Assembly: GCA_013265495.1 (NCBI GenBank)
Contig: MU058452.1
Location: 248,001-312,000, forward strand
DNA length: 64,000 bases
Origin: Vicugna vicugna
Taxonomy: Eukaryota
Reading direction: 5' to 3'
The position numbers were made by a program, and so were the translations under genes. The notes beneath the pieces were generated by a model that ran no database searches, was not told the DNA's origin, and saw only the letters and a list, made by a program, of their open reading frames with translations. Positions 25,565 through 38,910 of this stretch are shown piece after piece. Positions within the stretch are counted from its first letter, which is position 1; every line of letters begins with the position of its first letter.

Positions 25565-26200
25565 TATTGCTCACATTGCTGATGGGAATATAAAACAGTA
25601 CAGTCAGTGTTGAAGAGTTTGGCAGTTTCTTAAATTTAGCATCTGACCCAGAAATTCCACTCCTAGTTATCTAAACAAGAGAAATGAAAACATATGTCCA
25701 TACAAAAAACGTGTACGCGTATGCCCATAGTACCATTATTCATAATAACCGAAAGTAGAAACAGTCCAAATGTCTATCGACTGGTGAATGGGTAAACAAA
25801 ATATGATATATCCATACAATGGAATACGATTTTGCAATTTAAAAAAAGTACTTATGCATGCCCCAACATGGATGGACCTCAAAAACACTATGCTAAGTCA
25901 AGGAAACCAGACACAAAATATTACTTATCCCATGATGTCATTTACAGGGAGTGCCCCAGAAAGACAAGCCTATGCAGACAGAACATAGAGGAGTGTTTGC
26001 CAGGGGATGGGGGTGGGAATGGAGATTGGTTGTAAATAGACATAAAAGATCTTTGGGTCGATGAGAGTGCTCTAAAATTGGATTATGATGATGGTTGTAC
26101 AACATGTGGTATTTGCTAAAAAAAAAGATCACTGAATTGTTCACTCTAAAGAAGTGAGTTTTATGATATGCAAATTATCCATCAATAAAGCTGTTGAGTG
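25565..26200 (+). mobile_element. LINE-1 3' end (L1MB/MC-like)
   Basis: ACATTGCTGATGGGAATATAAAA, TGACCCAGAAATTCCACTCCTAG, ATCCATACAATGGAATA and AACATGGATGGACCTCAAAAAC; ends TCAATAAAGCTGTT. Confidence 0.92.
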
Positions 26201-26224
26201 AATGAATACATAGATAAATAAATT

Positions 26225-26380
26225 GTGAATGTGCAAAGCCAGTTGTTACTGGGATGGCTTGGGTAAAATGTGACCATGACTAGGACTAGGGCGGTGGTCT
26301 ACAGGAGGAGAGTGAAGTAGGTTTGAGAAATAATTAAGAGTTATAATCAGCAAAACTTGGGGGAGACTGGACATGGAGAG
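26225..26380 (-). mobile_element. L2 continuation
   Basis: GGTTTGAGAAATAATTAAGAGTTATAATCAGCAAAACTTGG...GACTGGACATGG resembles antisense L2. Confidence 0.55.
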
Positions 26381-26519
26381 TTCAGTTTATACACTGTCCT
26401 GTAGAAATATCAGACTTTCCTTGAACAATCCATGCCCCCTTCTCAGCTTTTACTTTGTATGTTTAATAGTACTGGGTTCCTCAGGAGCGCCTCTTGCAAC
26501 ATCACCTACCTACTCATCC

Positions 26520-26888
26520 TACATTGAGTTGCTATAAGAAATCACCATACACCAGGTGACTTAAACAACAAACATTTCTTTCTCACAGTCCTGGAGGCTG
26601 GGAAGTCCAGGAATGAGGAGCTGGCATATCCAGTGTGTGGTGACAGTCCTCTTCCTAGTTGCAGATAGCTGGTTCCCTGCTGCATCCTCACAAGGCTGAG
26701 AGAGAGGGGTTGAAGAAGCTAGCTGTCCATCCTCTTTTTATAAGGTCCCCATCTCATCATGGGGGGCCCCACCCTTTTGACCTCATCTAAACCTAAGTTA
26801 CTCCCAAAAGCCCCCTTTCCTAATCACATTAGGAATTGGGGTTACAACATATAAATTTTGTGGAGATGCAAACATTCAGTCCATAACA
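26520..26888 (-). mobile_element. MaLR solo LTR (MLT1A/MLT1A0-like)
   Basis: GGTGACTTAAACAACAAACATTT...TCTCACAGTCCTGGAGGCTGGGAAGTCCA...GACCTCATCTAAACCTAA...AAACATTCAGTCCATAACA, the last being the reverse complement of the LTR start TGTTATGGACTGAATG. Confidence 0.92.
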
Positions 26889-27140
26889 CTGATGTACACT
26901 TGATGGTCTTTTAAGACAAAAACCAAATGTACTCCCCCCTTTAAAGCCTTCCCTGACCCACCTCACCTCTACTCTGCCCCTTCAGTACTTTCTGCATGCT
27001 TCTATTTAGCATTTGATTGCACATCTCTGTTTACATGTTTATCCCTCTGGCTGGACTACTGTTGTCAAACACTTGATACTTAAGTCTTCACTGCCATTAC
27101 TGCACCCCTGCCAGACATAACTAATTGATCACAATATCCC

Positions 27141-27153
27141 TGCTGAGTCAGCA
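27141..27153. promoter_or_regulatory. Perfect T-MARE (MAF recognition element) TGCTGAGTCAGCA
   Basis: Exact 13-bp match to TGCTGA(G/C)TCAGCA. Function not shown. Confidence 0.5.
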
Positions 27154-27379
27154 CGCCTCTCAAAACTGTGCTGAGGGAGCCTTTTCTAACCAACTGGCAC
27201 TGATACATCCATAAAATCGATTTGTCATATCTGCTCCTAACTGTGGTGTCCTTGATGACAGGCATATCTTATTTGTCTATCCGTCCCCTGCACCAGAAAC
27301 ACAGAATGCAGACAATAAATGCACACACACCTTTCCACAAAGATGCTCTCAGATATATCAATATGTGGTATGCAAAGCA

Positions 27380-28020
27380 ATTTATTTCTGCCTACCATAC
27401 CTCTTCATGGCAGTGGCTTCTAATGTGCACCATTAGCGAACACAAAATTCAGCTGAATATCATAATAGTTACTTTCCATTTTTCTTTCTTCTCCATCCTG
27501 TGTTTTGTTAAGCATATGCATAGCCCATAGTTTCCATCATAAACTACCAAGCTGCAGTCCATAATGGGGCTTTACACAATGGTCTTTCTATTTTAGACAT
27601 TACGCCTTTGAGAGCTAAAGCTTTCTAAGTCAGGCATCAAGATAATGATTTAGTTATTTATTCCTTTCAACCAGCTACTTTGGTGACTCATTTTTCTCCC
27701 TAACCCCATGCTATTATACACTAATCCATACATTACTTCCCTTCAATGAAGACGACACAGACAGCTTTCTCAGGATGATTTTGCAATACGCACATTAACA
27801 AAGACTTTGTGAGCTGGAAGAAAACCAGTTATTCAACCAACTTTAAGAAAACAGCTGAGTGGTAGACCAGCTTAGCAGGGTGTTAAACACCCATTAATAA
27901 TGGCAGGGTGACAAACTTGAAGGTTTTGATTTCAGTTCAGATAAGCACTCCAAAGTTAGGGCGTGGCTTAGGGAAACTGTGGTCGATTCCACCAGGAGCG
28001 TTTAGCTGCGCGAATGTTGG
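27380..28020. promoter_or_regulatory. Candidate enhancer / conserved non-coding element
   Basis: Non-repetitive sequence with TAATGG homeodomain sites, a SOX-like ACAATGG, AP-1 TGACTCA (27684-27690), E-box CAGCTG and adjacent palindromes at 27878-27903. Confidence 0.35.
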
Positions 28021-28582
28021 AAGGGAGACAGTTTTCACAGAACTTCATGTAAGAATGATCATGATGTGATCCAGATGAAAATGAGTATAAACGTTAAACT
28101 TTGTAGGATTGTCCAGATTTCAAATATTTGTTGCTTTTTTTTTCCCTCTGAGTTTGTTTCTCAGATCATATGTGCTGATTTTTGGTTCAGAAAATATCAT
28201 CACTATAATCTAAAGCTTTTCTTCCCATTTACAAAATTTAGTCAAACTAATTCCATTCTCAGTAGGGGAAAAAAAAAACACTCTCCTTGTTCAGTTTTCA
28301 TTGACTTTCACGTCATATCGTGCACACATCTGTCTCCTCCACCATTCTGTCTGTTGTTTGAAAATGAGGACCATGCTGTTTATTTTTATATTCTGTTAAT
28401 ATCTCTGCATTTGAGGTGCTCAACCAGTGTTAATAAGAATTTGTTTTGCAAAAATGAAAATTATTTGCATGCTAATATTAGGATAGTTGCTTCATGGTTT
28501 ATAGACAATTCCATCTCTTTTCTTTAAATAAATTTTCTTTAAAAAATTTTTTTTGAAGAGTGAGTGATTGATTTATTTAGTT

Positions 28583-28722
28583 TGTGTGTGTGTGTGTGTG
28601 TGTGTGTAGAGAGGGAGGTAATTAGGTTTCTTTATTTCTTTATTTTTAGAGGAGGGACTGGGGACTGAACCCAAGACTTCGTGCATGCTAAGCATGGGCT
28701 CTCCTGAGCTATACCCTACCCT
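28583..28722 (-). mobile_element. Vic-1-type SINE with a (CA)12 microsatellite at its tail
   Basis: Reverse strand GGGTATAGCTCAGG...CATGCTTAGCATGCACGAAGTCTTGGGTTCAGTCCCCAGT...AAACCTAATTACCTCCC; (TG)12 from 28583. Confidence 0.92.
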
Positions 28723-28794
28723 CCAATCTCATCACCTTTGAAATGGTTAGGTTTCTCTAGTTTCACAAAAAATCAGTTTGTTTTTCTGATACAT

Positions 28795-29005
28795 GTTGAG
28801 CAATGACTATGAGTCAGCATGATGGTCACTTTAGGCAGATTTCCTCAATCATTACTCACAAGTTTTCCATGAAGTAAGTGCGATTATTATCCCTGCTTTA
28901 TACATAAGAACATTGCACACAGTTAAATACGATTCCATGATTATGCCAGCCACAAGTTAGTGAAAAAGTCCTGATTCAAAACCAGATCCTGGATTCTGAA
29001 GCCAT
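28795..29005 (-). mobile_element. MIR
   Basis: ATGAAGTAAGTGCGATTATTATCCCTGCTTTATACATAAG...GATTCAAAACCAGATCCTGGATTCTGAAGCC. Confidence 0.75.
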
Positions 29006-29189
29006 TTCATTGTACTTCTATGAAGAAATCTATTTTCTCCCTGACTCTCCAAGATGAGAAAACAAAAGCTTTGTTTTGTTTTCGTTTGGTTTCTGATGCC
29101 TGATTTTTTTCCCAAGAAAAATTAAGTCTTTTGACAGGTTGCTGAGATAAAAATCCCAGTGTTTTCTTTATGTCTTTTCTTCTGTTGAT

Positions 29190-29962
29190 GTCCAAATTCT
29201 AGTCCATCAGCAAACCCTGTCATCTCTGCCTTCAAAGTCTGTCGAGAATCTCACCACCTCTCGCCACTTCAACTATTACCACCATGGTCCCAGCCACCAG
29301 CAATTCTCACCGAATTGTTGCAGTACCACTCCTCTTTAACAACTCCACCTGCCATTCCTGCACACCTACAGACAGTTCTCAAAACAGCAGTCAGAGTGTT
29401 CTTTTAAAAAAGCAAGTCAGATCACATCACTCATGGCCCTTAATTCCAATGACTTCCCATCTCACTCAGTAAAAAACCAAGTCTCCTTGACAGCTCTGTA
29501 CAATTTACCACTTCTGTCTACACTCACTCCCTGATTGATGTCATTCCCTCCTACTCTGCCCTGCACTAACTCTGCCTCAGCCATGCCATCTCCTTCCTGT
29601 CCCTCCAACTCATGACATGTTCCTGCCTCAGGGCCTTTGCACTTGTCATCTCTTCTGACCAAAGTACTCTTCCCCAGAACAGCCGCATGGCTTTTCCCCT
29701 CACTTCCTCCAAGTCTTTGATTAAATCTCCCTCTTTCAGTGAAAATTCCTCTGACTGTGATCTTTACCATCATCTTTATTTTTCCTCATAGCACTTATCA
29801 TCAAATGTACTGCAGATCTTAATTTGTTACATGTCTGTTTCCACCCAGTAGAATGAGAGCTCTCTGAGGGCAGATTTATGTCTGTTTCTTTTACAGCAGT
29901 ATCTCTAGGACTTACACCATTGCTTTGTACATAGTAGCCATTAACTAAATATTTGTGGAATC
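29190..29962 (+). mobile_element. L2 (L2a-like), 3' ~770 bp
   Basis: CCATCAGCAAACCCTGT, AAGTCAGATCACATCACTC, CCTGCCTCAGGGCCTTTGCACTTG and TAGAATGAGAGCTCTCTGAGGGCAG; ends TAAATATTTGTGGAAT. Confidence 0.93.
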
Positions 29963-32900
29963 AGCAAGTCTTATATACCAACACATCCAATAATTTTCTG
30001 CTTATGCCAGTCACACTAGATGGAGATTATTTTTTAATATTTTGGGATTGTTAATTATAGTCTTAAGTATGCAAAATAACAGAGATAAATTTCCTGTGGT
30101 TGATTGGTTTATCATCTGCTGATCTTGGGTAACTGAAATTTTCATGTAACCCATCCACCAGTGAATTTACAAAATTTCTCTTTGTCCATCAATTGCTTTT
30201 AACCTTTCAAGCTACAGATTTGAGCTGAATCCAACTCTAGCCTTAGACTCCAATTATGACTTTCTCAGAGTTAGTATTAAGCAAACTCAATTTTACTATT
30301 GCAAATATAAACTGCACATTAAGAAAAAAATTGACATCAGTTTTCCATGAATTTCTACTAATGTCAGGATGCAACAGTTTTTCAAAGAAAGTAACAAAAA
30401 AGTACATTTTGCAGTGCATTACATCATCATAATTCAGATGCTGAAATACTTCCCTGTGAATGTCGTACAAATTTCTTCAAACTTGCAACTTTCTATTAGA
30501 TCCCAAAGCTTAAAATGGGAGTTAACTTAGAATCATCTGTTAAAATGATTAATAAAATAATTACACCAACAACTAAAGAAATGCATAATATAAATCTTAT
30601 ATTGATGTTTCTTTAATAAGCTGTTGTCCAGGTGAATTCTGTCTTAGTTTTTGGTTATTTTTAAATCCACATATTCCTCGTCTCTTGAAAAAACACACTG
30701 ACTCATCCCACAAATAGAAGTTCAGGAAATGAGATAGAAGTATACAAAGCATCAAAAGTAAGATCCAGAATTTCAAAGATCCTAAAGCCAGATAGGGTGA
30801 TGAGCCAGTTTCATGATTATTTCTCAGACATTTCACTAGGCAAGTACAGAAAACTTACCGTGGTGCCCTGTTTGGGAAGCCAAGGAATGAGGTGGTGTCT
30901 TTAAGATAGATGCCTCTATGACTGAAACAAGAATGAAAAAACGAAGTTTGAACACTTAAAATTTTGTGAGCTTCAGAGACTCAGAAAATCCTCAGCAGCC
31001 TTGTATAAATGAAGTTGCAGGTACATGCCTTGGAATACAAAACCTTTACTCTCTGTCTTTCTTTCTCAGTATTTCTTGAAACCCTTCCTACCTTTTCTCT
31101 ATTAGGCATCGCTAATCCTACTGCATGAAAGTGATCTGTTCTTCCTCTAAAACGTATTGCATTCCTTTAGCAAGAACATAGGCATCGTTTCCTGCAGGCA
31201 GGCAGCCTTCACATCTTTTCTAGGAGACGGGTCTCTGCAAAAGAGACCCTGAGATTTCACTTCGCGGCTTCTTTCCTTCTCTCGGTAGAACACACTTCTT
31301 AAATTATTAGTATTAAATGCTTCCTCGGCCAGTGTCCCCAGGAAGATTGTAAACTCAGAAAAGGTTGGTATTATGGCCACGTTTCCTCCTTTCAGATACC
31401 AGGCTTAGCACAATACCTGCATTTAAGTAGCTGTTTCATAAATATTAATTGAATAAATAAGTCGCTTTATATCAAATGGTACCTTAAATATTTGACTTAG
31501 AGCGTTCATCTGTAATGATTAAGGAAGTAGTTAAGAAAGTAGTTAATTTTTAATAATTCACCAGTGCTTAGGTGAACAGGTTTGACAGTTTCAAAATATC
31601 TTAGTTGAGTGGAGCGGGTGGGGGGCAGGTCAAAGTCTGCCCAAGACGTCTACGGTTTCCCAAGGACTTTGCAGACATGAGTAATTCGTTTATAATTACT
31701 GTATTGTTGCTGTCCAGATCTCCAGCAAGGGGGGCTGAAGGACCCTGAGGAGGGTTCAAATTAAGAAGTGTTCAAAATGCGAACCAAGAAAGACAGAAGC
31801 AGGGAAGTAGGTACAAACGTACTAGTTCAGTCTCGCTACTATTTCTTGAAGTCAATCTTGGTTTAAAACATAAGAAGCAGACCCCAGCTTGTCATAGCGA
31901 CTTCCTCCCGGGGATTTGAAACTGTAATGAAAGCATTTTAACTCAGTGGTAACTGGATTAGAGTAATGCAAGAACCTGCCACCTTGGGACCTCCCGCTTG
32001 GGCCTCGGCCTGAATAAATGTGCATGGAAATTGTTTTAAACTGATGGCTGTGCAGGATCACAAGTTATAGTAATGTTGACAGTCTCAGCTTGGAACCTGG
32101 CAAACCAGCAAAAAATGTGGGGCAGGGAGTGAACACAGCTCATTTGCTGACATGAAAGCGGGGCTCAGGGGTTGAGATGTACTACCTCTGCAGGTCAATG
32201 GTGACAGCGTTTGCAAAGTGCCACCAGCATCTCTACTGCAAATTGAAGCGACGGAATATGAGTCCTTGCTGCAAATCTAAAGCAACTTGATTTCTTTCCC
32301 AGCCTGAGGACTCATCGGAAGCCATAAGGAGAAGTTTCTCCGACTTAAAGTGTGCAAAAAGGATACTAAATCTTCCAGCTCCTGGAGGCTGGAGAGGAAA
32401 TGAAAAGGCATAGTTGTCACATTTTGTTGCAGTAGAATATCGTGGAAATAATCCAATCAGTTTGTTCCCTTCAAAAGTCCCTGGTGTTTCCGCCTTCCTT
32501 ATTTCATGGGTTTATTGTACTGTGTCATGGAGGCAAAACATCTGTTGGGGAAGACGAGAAGGAGGAGATTCTCCATCTTCCTTATGAACATGCTCAGAGA
32601 AGTTCTGGCGGATTTACCGCCTGTGAAATTGACAGCTCGTCAGCTTCCAAGATCCCAGCTTTGAGGCGGCATCAAATGGTTCCTGACTCAGAGCAAACCA
32701 AGTGCGTGTTTTCTGCACTGTGTAACTGCACCTTCCTGTCACACTGGGCAAAGTGGACACAGAAGGGATTTTTTTTTTCTAAGAAGGGATGAAAAGTTAG
32801 AGTATTTGGATTCCTTTATCATTCAGAACAATCCTGGAATTCAACTTTGCTTCCTGGAAAGCAGAGATGTTTCCTCAAGGAGATTCAATGGGAGTCCATT

Positions 32901-35900
32901 TTTCAGAGACGATTGTGTGGCTTCAGAGAATCAGTGAAATAATTTAAGTCATATATGTTTCAGCAAGAATATCACAATATCATGAGTTCTGCTTCTTTCC
33001 TTCACGCAGAACAGGTAGCAGGGTCTCCATTTTACAGATGAATTAAGTGAGGTTCATAGCTCAGGTGAGTTTTGATAGATAGATAGTGTATGGTGTGATG
33101 ATTCTAGATTGTGGATCAAGATTGCACCTTACTGATCTAGGCAAGAGCCAGTACCCAGGAAAGGGTCCAGCACACAGTAGGTGCTTAGCAACTGCTTGTC
33201 GAATCGGATCTTTCTAGACCAGTAACCGGCATGAAGATTCACCTTCCCAAACTCTTTGGAAAAAAATATCATTGTCTACAACTAGGTCGAGTAGTCTGTC
33301 CATTTGTTTATGAGTTCATATCTCATCTCCTTGCATGAGGATAGTGAGATTTTTAGAATCCACACTGATCACAACTTTAGATAGCTTGAATTTCCAGCTA
33401 ACATTTTCACATGTTGCTGTAATTCGGTTTTGATATATATATATTTTTTAACTTTTTGAATGGTACTTAAGCAAGTACTTAATATCAAATCAAGGTGGCA
33501 TGCCAAAAATTACCCAGGCATTCCTTCAATTTTGAAACAGAGATAATAGCTTTGCACTGATCTTTTTTTTTTTTCCTGTTTTAGCATTTGGTTGTGTGTG
33601 TGTGTCTACATATTTTTTCCTTCCCTTTTTACTCTTTGTACACCATCCCCATCTCCAGTTCTGTAAATAAATCAGAGGCTGTGACACTAGGCACAGTGTA
33701 TTCCTCTTAATTGGATGCATGGAACCAACCCCCAAAGCTTCCAAAATAAGCCAAGAACCGGCAACCATTTCAAAGTCATATAATGGACGCAGGCTGCTGG
33801 TATATTTAGTATCTAAGAAGCAGCTTTTCCTTTTCTCGTTTTTTTTTTCTCTTTTTCCCTCAGTAGAAGCTAAAACTTTATTATAAAGCCACAGATAAGT
33901 ATATCAACTGCTAGGAGGCTGGCACAGCAGAATACAAGGAAATAAGAGATAAGGGAATTTGGTCAAATACAAAAAGTACCGTGGAATTTAAACCAAATGA
34001 CAGCAGATAAGGCTTTCCCTGAGTTTCTATTAAAAATGTAATAAATAAGAAATCCAAAAATATTTCTTCCCAGGCCTGGCACTTCTGTTCCTATGTTACT
34101 CATCATAAATGTATAGAATCTTCATCAGGGCTGGGTTTCTATTCACAGTTGCGAAAATAAACTTTGCTGCAGTCGTGTTAAAGATGTGACAGCTTCAGAT
34201 TGATGTCTTGTGAGTTGTTCAGTAAAGTTTGTCATTTGAATAAATAGACCTTATTTACACACTTAAGGAAGTAATCCCATAAACCCACATGGAAATCTGG
34301 TGATAAAAGCAGGAGAAACTCAATAGAAATCACCAGGAATCAAAATACAGATTTGAAAAAAAAAAAACAAACAGTGGCAGGAACTTTGCTTATGATACCC
34401 TTTTGGGAAAATTCATAGTGTTTTTAATCCTATCATTTTATTATTTGTAATTTTAATTGCAGTTATATATGTAGTTAATATAGTTATTACAATTTTATTA
34501 TTTATTATTAAATTTGTATAATTCTGTGTGGATTCAAAGGTTCCGTGAGTCATAAATACTTACCGTGGAATTTAAATTGCCCTAAAGCAGATACGTTTTA
34601 CCAAGTGAATCTCTCCCTCAGAGTGAATTTGCATAGATCCACGTAGAACACCTCCGTGCCTTCGGCCCTGTTGACCCCAGGGAAAGGAAAAGGATTGAGA
34701 TCTGGACAAAAGTGGGGTGCTTTAGTGGCTCCCTGAGATGATAACGCCTCTGGGGTCTGCAACTCAAGTGTGATCTGTGGTCTCAGGTGAAGTGGTCCAT
34801 GGTGTCTGTTCTGTCTCCAGAGAGCAGTAACCTTCAGCCATAAAATGTCTCCCTGCCTAATACAGCACATCTGTCAGCCTTAGCATCCCACACACTTAGT
34901 TTACATCTGTCTTGGGATGGTTCATGGTAGGAGCAGCTCATCCTATTTGGATATAGATGTTCAAGCCATTTTATTTGATTCTATCTTTTGTCCTTAGTGG
35001 ATATGCATATATATGTGTCTTTTATCTAGTTGAATTTATGCTTTAAAACATGTCTTTACAGATAATTTCAAAGCACAATAAGTATGTATCTCATTACTGA
35101 AGAATAGACCAAGCCTTACATAATTCTTTATAAGTGGGGTTCCTGCCATCTTGGGAGGAGGAACCAATATTATCAAATTTCAGTAATAATTTCTATTAAA
35201 TGTGGCAACAGTCCTTCCTAGGCTTGGTAAATCCAGTGCAATCAGTGGGCCACACAGTGTATATTACACATATAGCTCTGGTATCAAATCAGGAATGAGA
35301 CTCACCATCACCAGCCAAACCAGACTCCATCAAGAAGAGGTTGCAACGGACAATTGTGTTTTAAAGAAAACTTCAAGTTTTGACTATCCTGCTATTTTAC
35401 ATTATCAGATATAAAATTCTACTGGCCTAGGATGCTGTTGGTGTTTAGAACATATTGAGGAATTCAGGCTTATACAGAATATGGAAAATGAAGATCAAAT
35501 CTCTCCAAATTAGTTACTAAGATGCTGAGAGAATCATGACAGCTAAAACATCTAATGCCGGCCACTTTTTTTTTTCCCTTCTTTATCTAGTTTTCTTACT
35601 GAAAACAATTTAAGATTTGGTATCAAAAAATTTCCATTCATTTTAAAACAGAATTCTCATAAATCTTCGTGGCTTCTGTGTTATGACCCGGAATAAGAAA
35701 TTAATGTGAGGTTGGATAAAGGCCAAACACCTTATTCTCTGTGTTTCCTACTATTTATGTGAAAAATCTGCTTCAATATTATCTCTGCATAGTCAAGTGA
35801 AGTCCCTTCCTGGCACATGCTAGAACATTTGATTAATGAGTAACTACAAATTGAGCAAATTACTATGTACAAGGTGTTTAGAATAGCGTGGGGCACCAAA

Positions 35901-37979
35901 GAGCTTATAATCCTACTAACCATTATTTTTATTTATCAATTCAGATTTCTAAATTCGAACACAACCATAAGGGCAATCTAATTTTTCTGGGCCCCTTAGC
36001 GAAACAAGACCTATAATCTGGAACTCGTAGCAGAATGTGGACATACGTCCTTATCCTTTTCTTACTTGAATTTATTTGATCATCGATTTTAAATTTTAAA
36101 AAATTATTGATACATTGTTACATATTCATAACTTTCTATTATATGAGACATAATTGTTAACCAAAGGAAATCCTGTCCCTTTGAGAACTAATTTTAAAAT
36201 AATTTCATTTAATGTTTTGATAAATGGAACTATGTTGTGATATGGTGACATCTTGAGTTTCACTTACAGCTATAAACCTTGTTTGTGGGTGAGTTTATAT
36301 GGAGCATGGGGGCATAATTATCTGTCCAGCTTCTATGTGTGTGAATCTAGAATGCCCTGTGGCTAAACGTGAGTTCTTCCTTTGTGTTTCACAAATTCTG
36401 AGCATTGCTCATATCTATGAAACTATAGGGGAATAAAATATACGTATATTTTGAAAGAGAGCAAGAGAGAGTATTTTTTGTAGATTTTCAGTTATTGAAA
36501 AGCATGTTCTCTAGAGGTCTTTTCGTATATATGTGTGTTATGCTATATAAAATCTATGTATTACATGTGTATATGTATATGAAAATATCATGTATTTATC
36601 CATTGGATCTTATTGTGTAGTTATTTCAAGAAAACTTTTGGGACTAGTTTGAGCTGTGCTGGATGAAACAAAAATTTTGTTTTGTACTTCTTTAAAATGG
36701 AAATATTTTGCCCAATATTTTTGGGCTTTAGAATGCTGTTACCTAATTATTCAGAATAGATAATAATACTCCCTGAAAATAGTGGTGTAATTATTTAATT
36801 AAATAGATAAAGTTACCATGAATAACATTGCTTGCTCTAATTATCAGATTTACTTGCAACAATGCCCACACTAAAATAGTTCAAAACCTACTATATAGTA
36901 AAACCATAATTAGGGAATATATGGCTAAGAGTGCAATTGATTACAAATTTTGTTCATTAATAAGCAAAAATTTAACTTAACTCTTTTCTTCTCAGTAGTA
37001 ATGTCTTTGGTTTCCTGTACAAATTAGATGTAGTCCTGGTCATAATCTTATTAAACATAATAGACCATTTTTTTATAATTGACCATTTAAAATAGCTTTA
37101 AAAAAATTTAAATGGTTATCTAAAATAAATTAATTAGCAAAATTTTTGTTTGCTTTTATGTTATTAAATTATCTTAACGGCACAGGGGAAAGGTCATCAT
37201 TTATCAAGCACTTGAGTGATTATAAAATAGTTAAGAAATATTTCACATAATAGTTTTACCTTGAATTAGTTACAACTGTTTTTTATTCACCTTAATAGCT
37301 TCCATATTTAAGTAATTCTGCATTTCTTTAACCAATAAACTTGGATTTAATTATAGAAGAATGTAGGTACATTTTACTGTTTTATAAGAATTCTGCCCAG
37401 TACAAATTACAACGGGCTGTTTCCCTGTTTTCATATCAGCAGAGCTAAAGACATGCACAAACACATCAGCTCACCAGGCTCTTCCATCGTCAATGTGTGT
37501 GTGTGTGTGTCTTTGTGTATGTCACACCCTCTAAATTCAGGTGGCCTCAAGCTGTGCCATATAACTCCAGCCTCAATTAAACTTTCCAAGGGCTGTACCA
37601 GGTCAGACATAAATAAGGCAGAGGATAGTCCTAGGGAACAGAAAAGCCATATTTATTCTTTATCCACAGTTCATGGCTATCAAATGAAGCCTAGCAGAGA
37701 GGAAAGACAGAGGAAGAAAAGAGAACTCTCAAAAGGTACTTTGCACTTGAATGTAACCTTTGTTGGAAAAAAAAATCAGCATATAAATAATTCAAGACAC
37801 AATGAATTCGCGGTGGATGTGGGTGTGAGTGTAGGTGTGTGTCTTTTGTTTGTTTGTTTGTTTCCCTTTAAGAATACAACTTTAACCAGAGCCCAGTGGA
37901 AAATATGTTTGTATAATTCCAATACATTAGCCCAGAAATCAAGAGATTCAATTTTTTTGTACCACAGTCCAGTAGTGTA

Positions 37980-38075
37980 ACCTTAGAAACATATTTTATC
38001 AGACTCAGTTTCCTCTTCCATAAAATGAGAAGTTTAAAGTAGATAAATCTATTGAATTTTCAAGTTCTAAATTCT
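37980..38075 (+). mobile_element. MIR3-like fragment
   Basis: CTCAGTTTCCTCTTCCATAAAATGAGAAGTTTAAAGTAGAT...TTCAAGTTCTAAATTCTA. Confidence 0.65.
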
Positions 38076-38159
38076 ACCTTAGTCTGAATTCCGCTTGAAT
38101 AGTCTTAGGAAACAAAGATCCAATAAACTAAGTTAAAGAGAAGGACTTGATTGAACACA

Positions 38160-38530
38160 TTCCTTCATATATAACAAGGATAAGTTTGTAGAAAATATGA
38201 AGAACTCTTACAATGAAAATAGATAAACTTTCCCCCAAAATGAACAGATATAATTAACAGGTAATTCAACTAAACGGGAAACCAGATTGGCCAATAAGCA
38301 CTTGAAAAGATATTAATTCTCCTTAATAATATTGGGAAATAATTTGGGACTAAATTTAACAATCATTACACTATTTTACGTCCACTACTTTGGCAAAATT
38401 ATTATTTGTGTTAGGAATGAATTCGGAGTGAGGCTCCTGAACGGTGCACAAGGTGTGTCTGTGCACCCCAAGAGAATTCACAAACGCTCTACAACATATT
38501 TAAAAATCTGGAGGAAATCACAATGAAATC
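38160..38530 (+). mobile_element. Ancient L1M fragment
   Basis: ATATGAAGAACTCTTACAA...GATTGGCCAATAAGCACTTGAAAAGAT is an ORF2 remnant. Confidence 0.65.
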
Positions 38531-38910
38531 TGGGGAGCAGCGTGTGCTTTCTTGGCTTGCGGTAGCTCTGTGTCGACTTTAGAGTGTGCTCTGTTCTCTT
38601 CAGTGACATCACATCTTTGCAAAGCAGGGTTTTCAGTGCGCGCTGTCATAAACAGAGGGTCCCATGAGACCGACGGGCGGTTACGGGCACCGATAGGGAG
38701 AAATCTAGTTTGCCGTTCTCCTACCTGTTTAGCATAGGACTCTGTCAGTTGGGATGAGCGGCATCTGATGCTTGATTTTAAGAATGGGCCAGTGGACTCA
38801 TTAGTAGCCTGGACAAGCATATTACTTCTGTTATTTCTGAGGAGCTGAATATTAAATACTAAATGGACTATGTAAATTGAGGGAGAATTAAAGAGAAAAA
38901 AGACAGGGAA

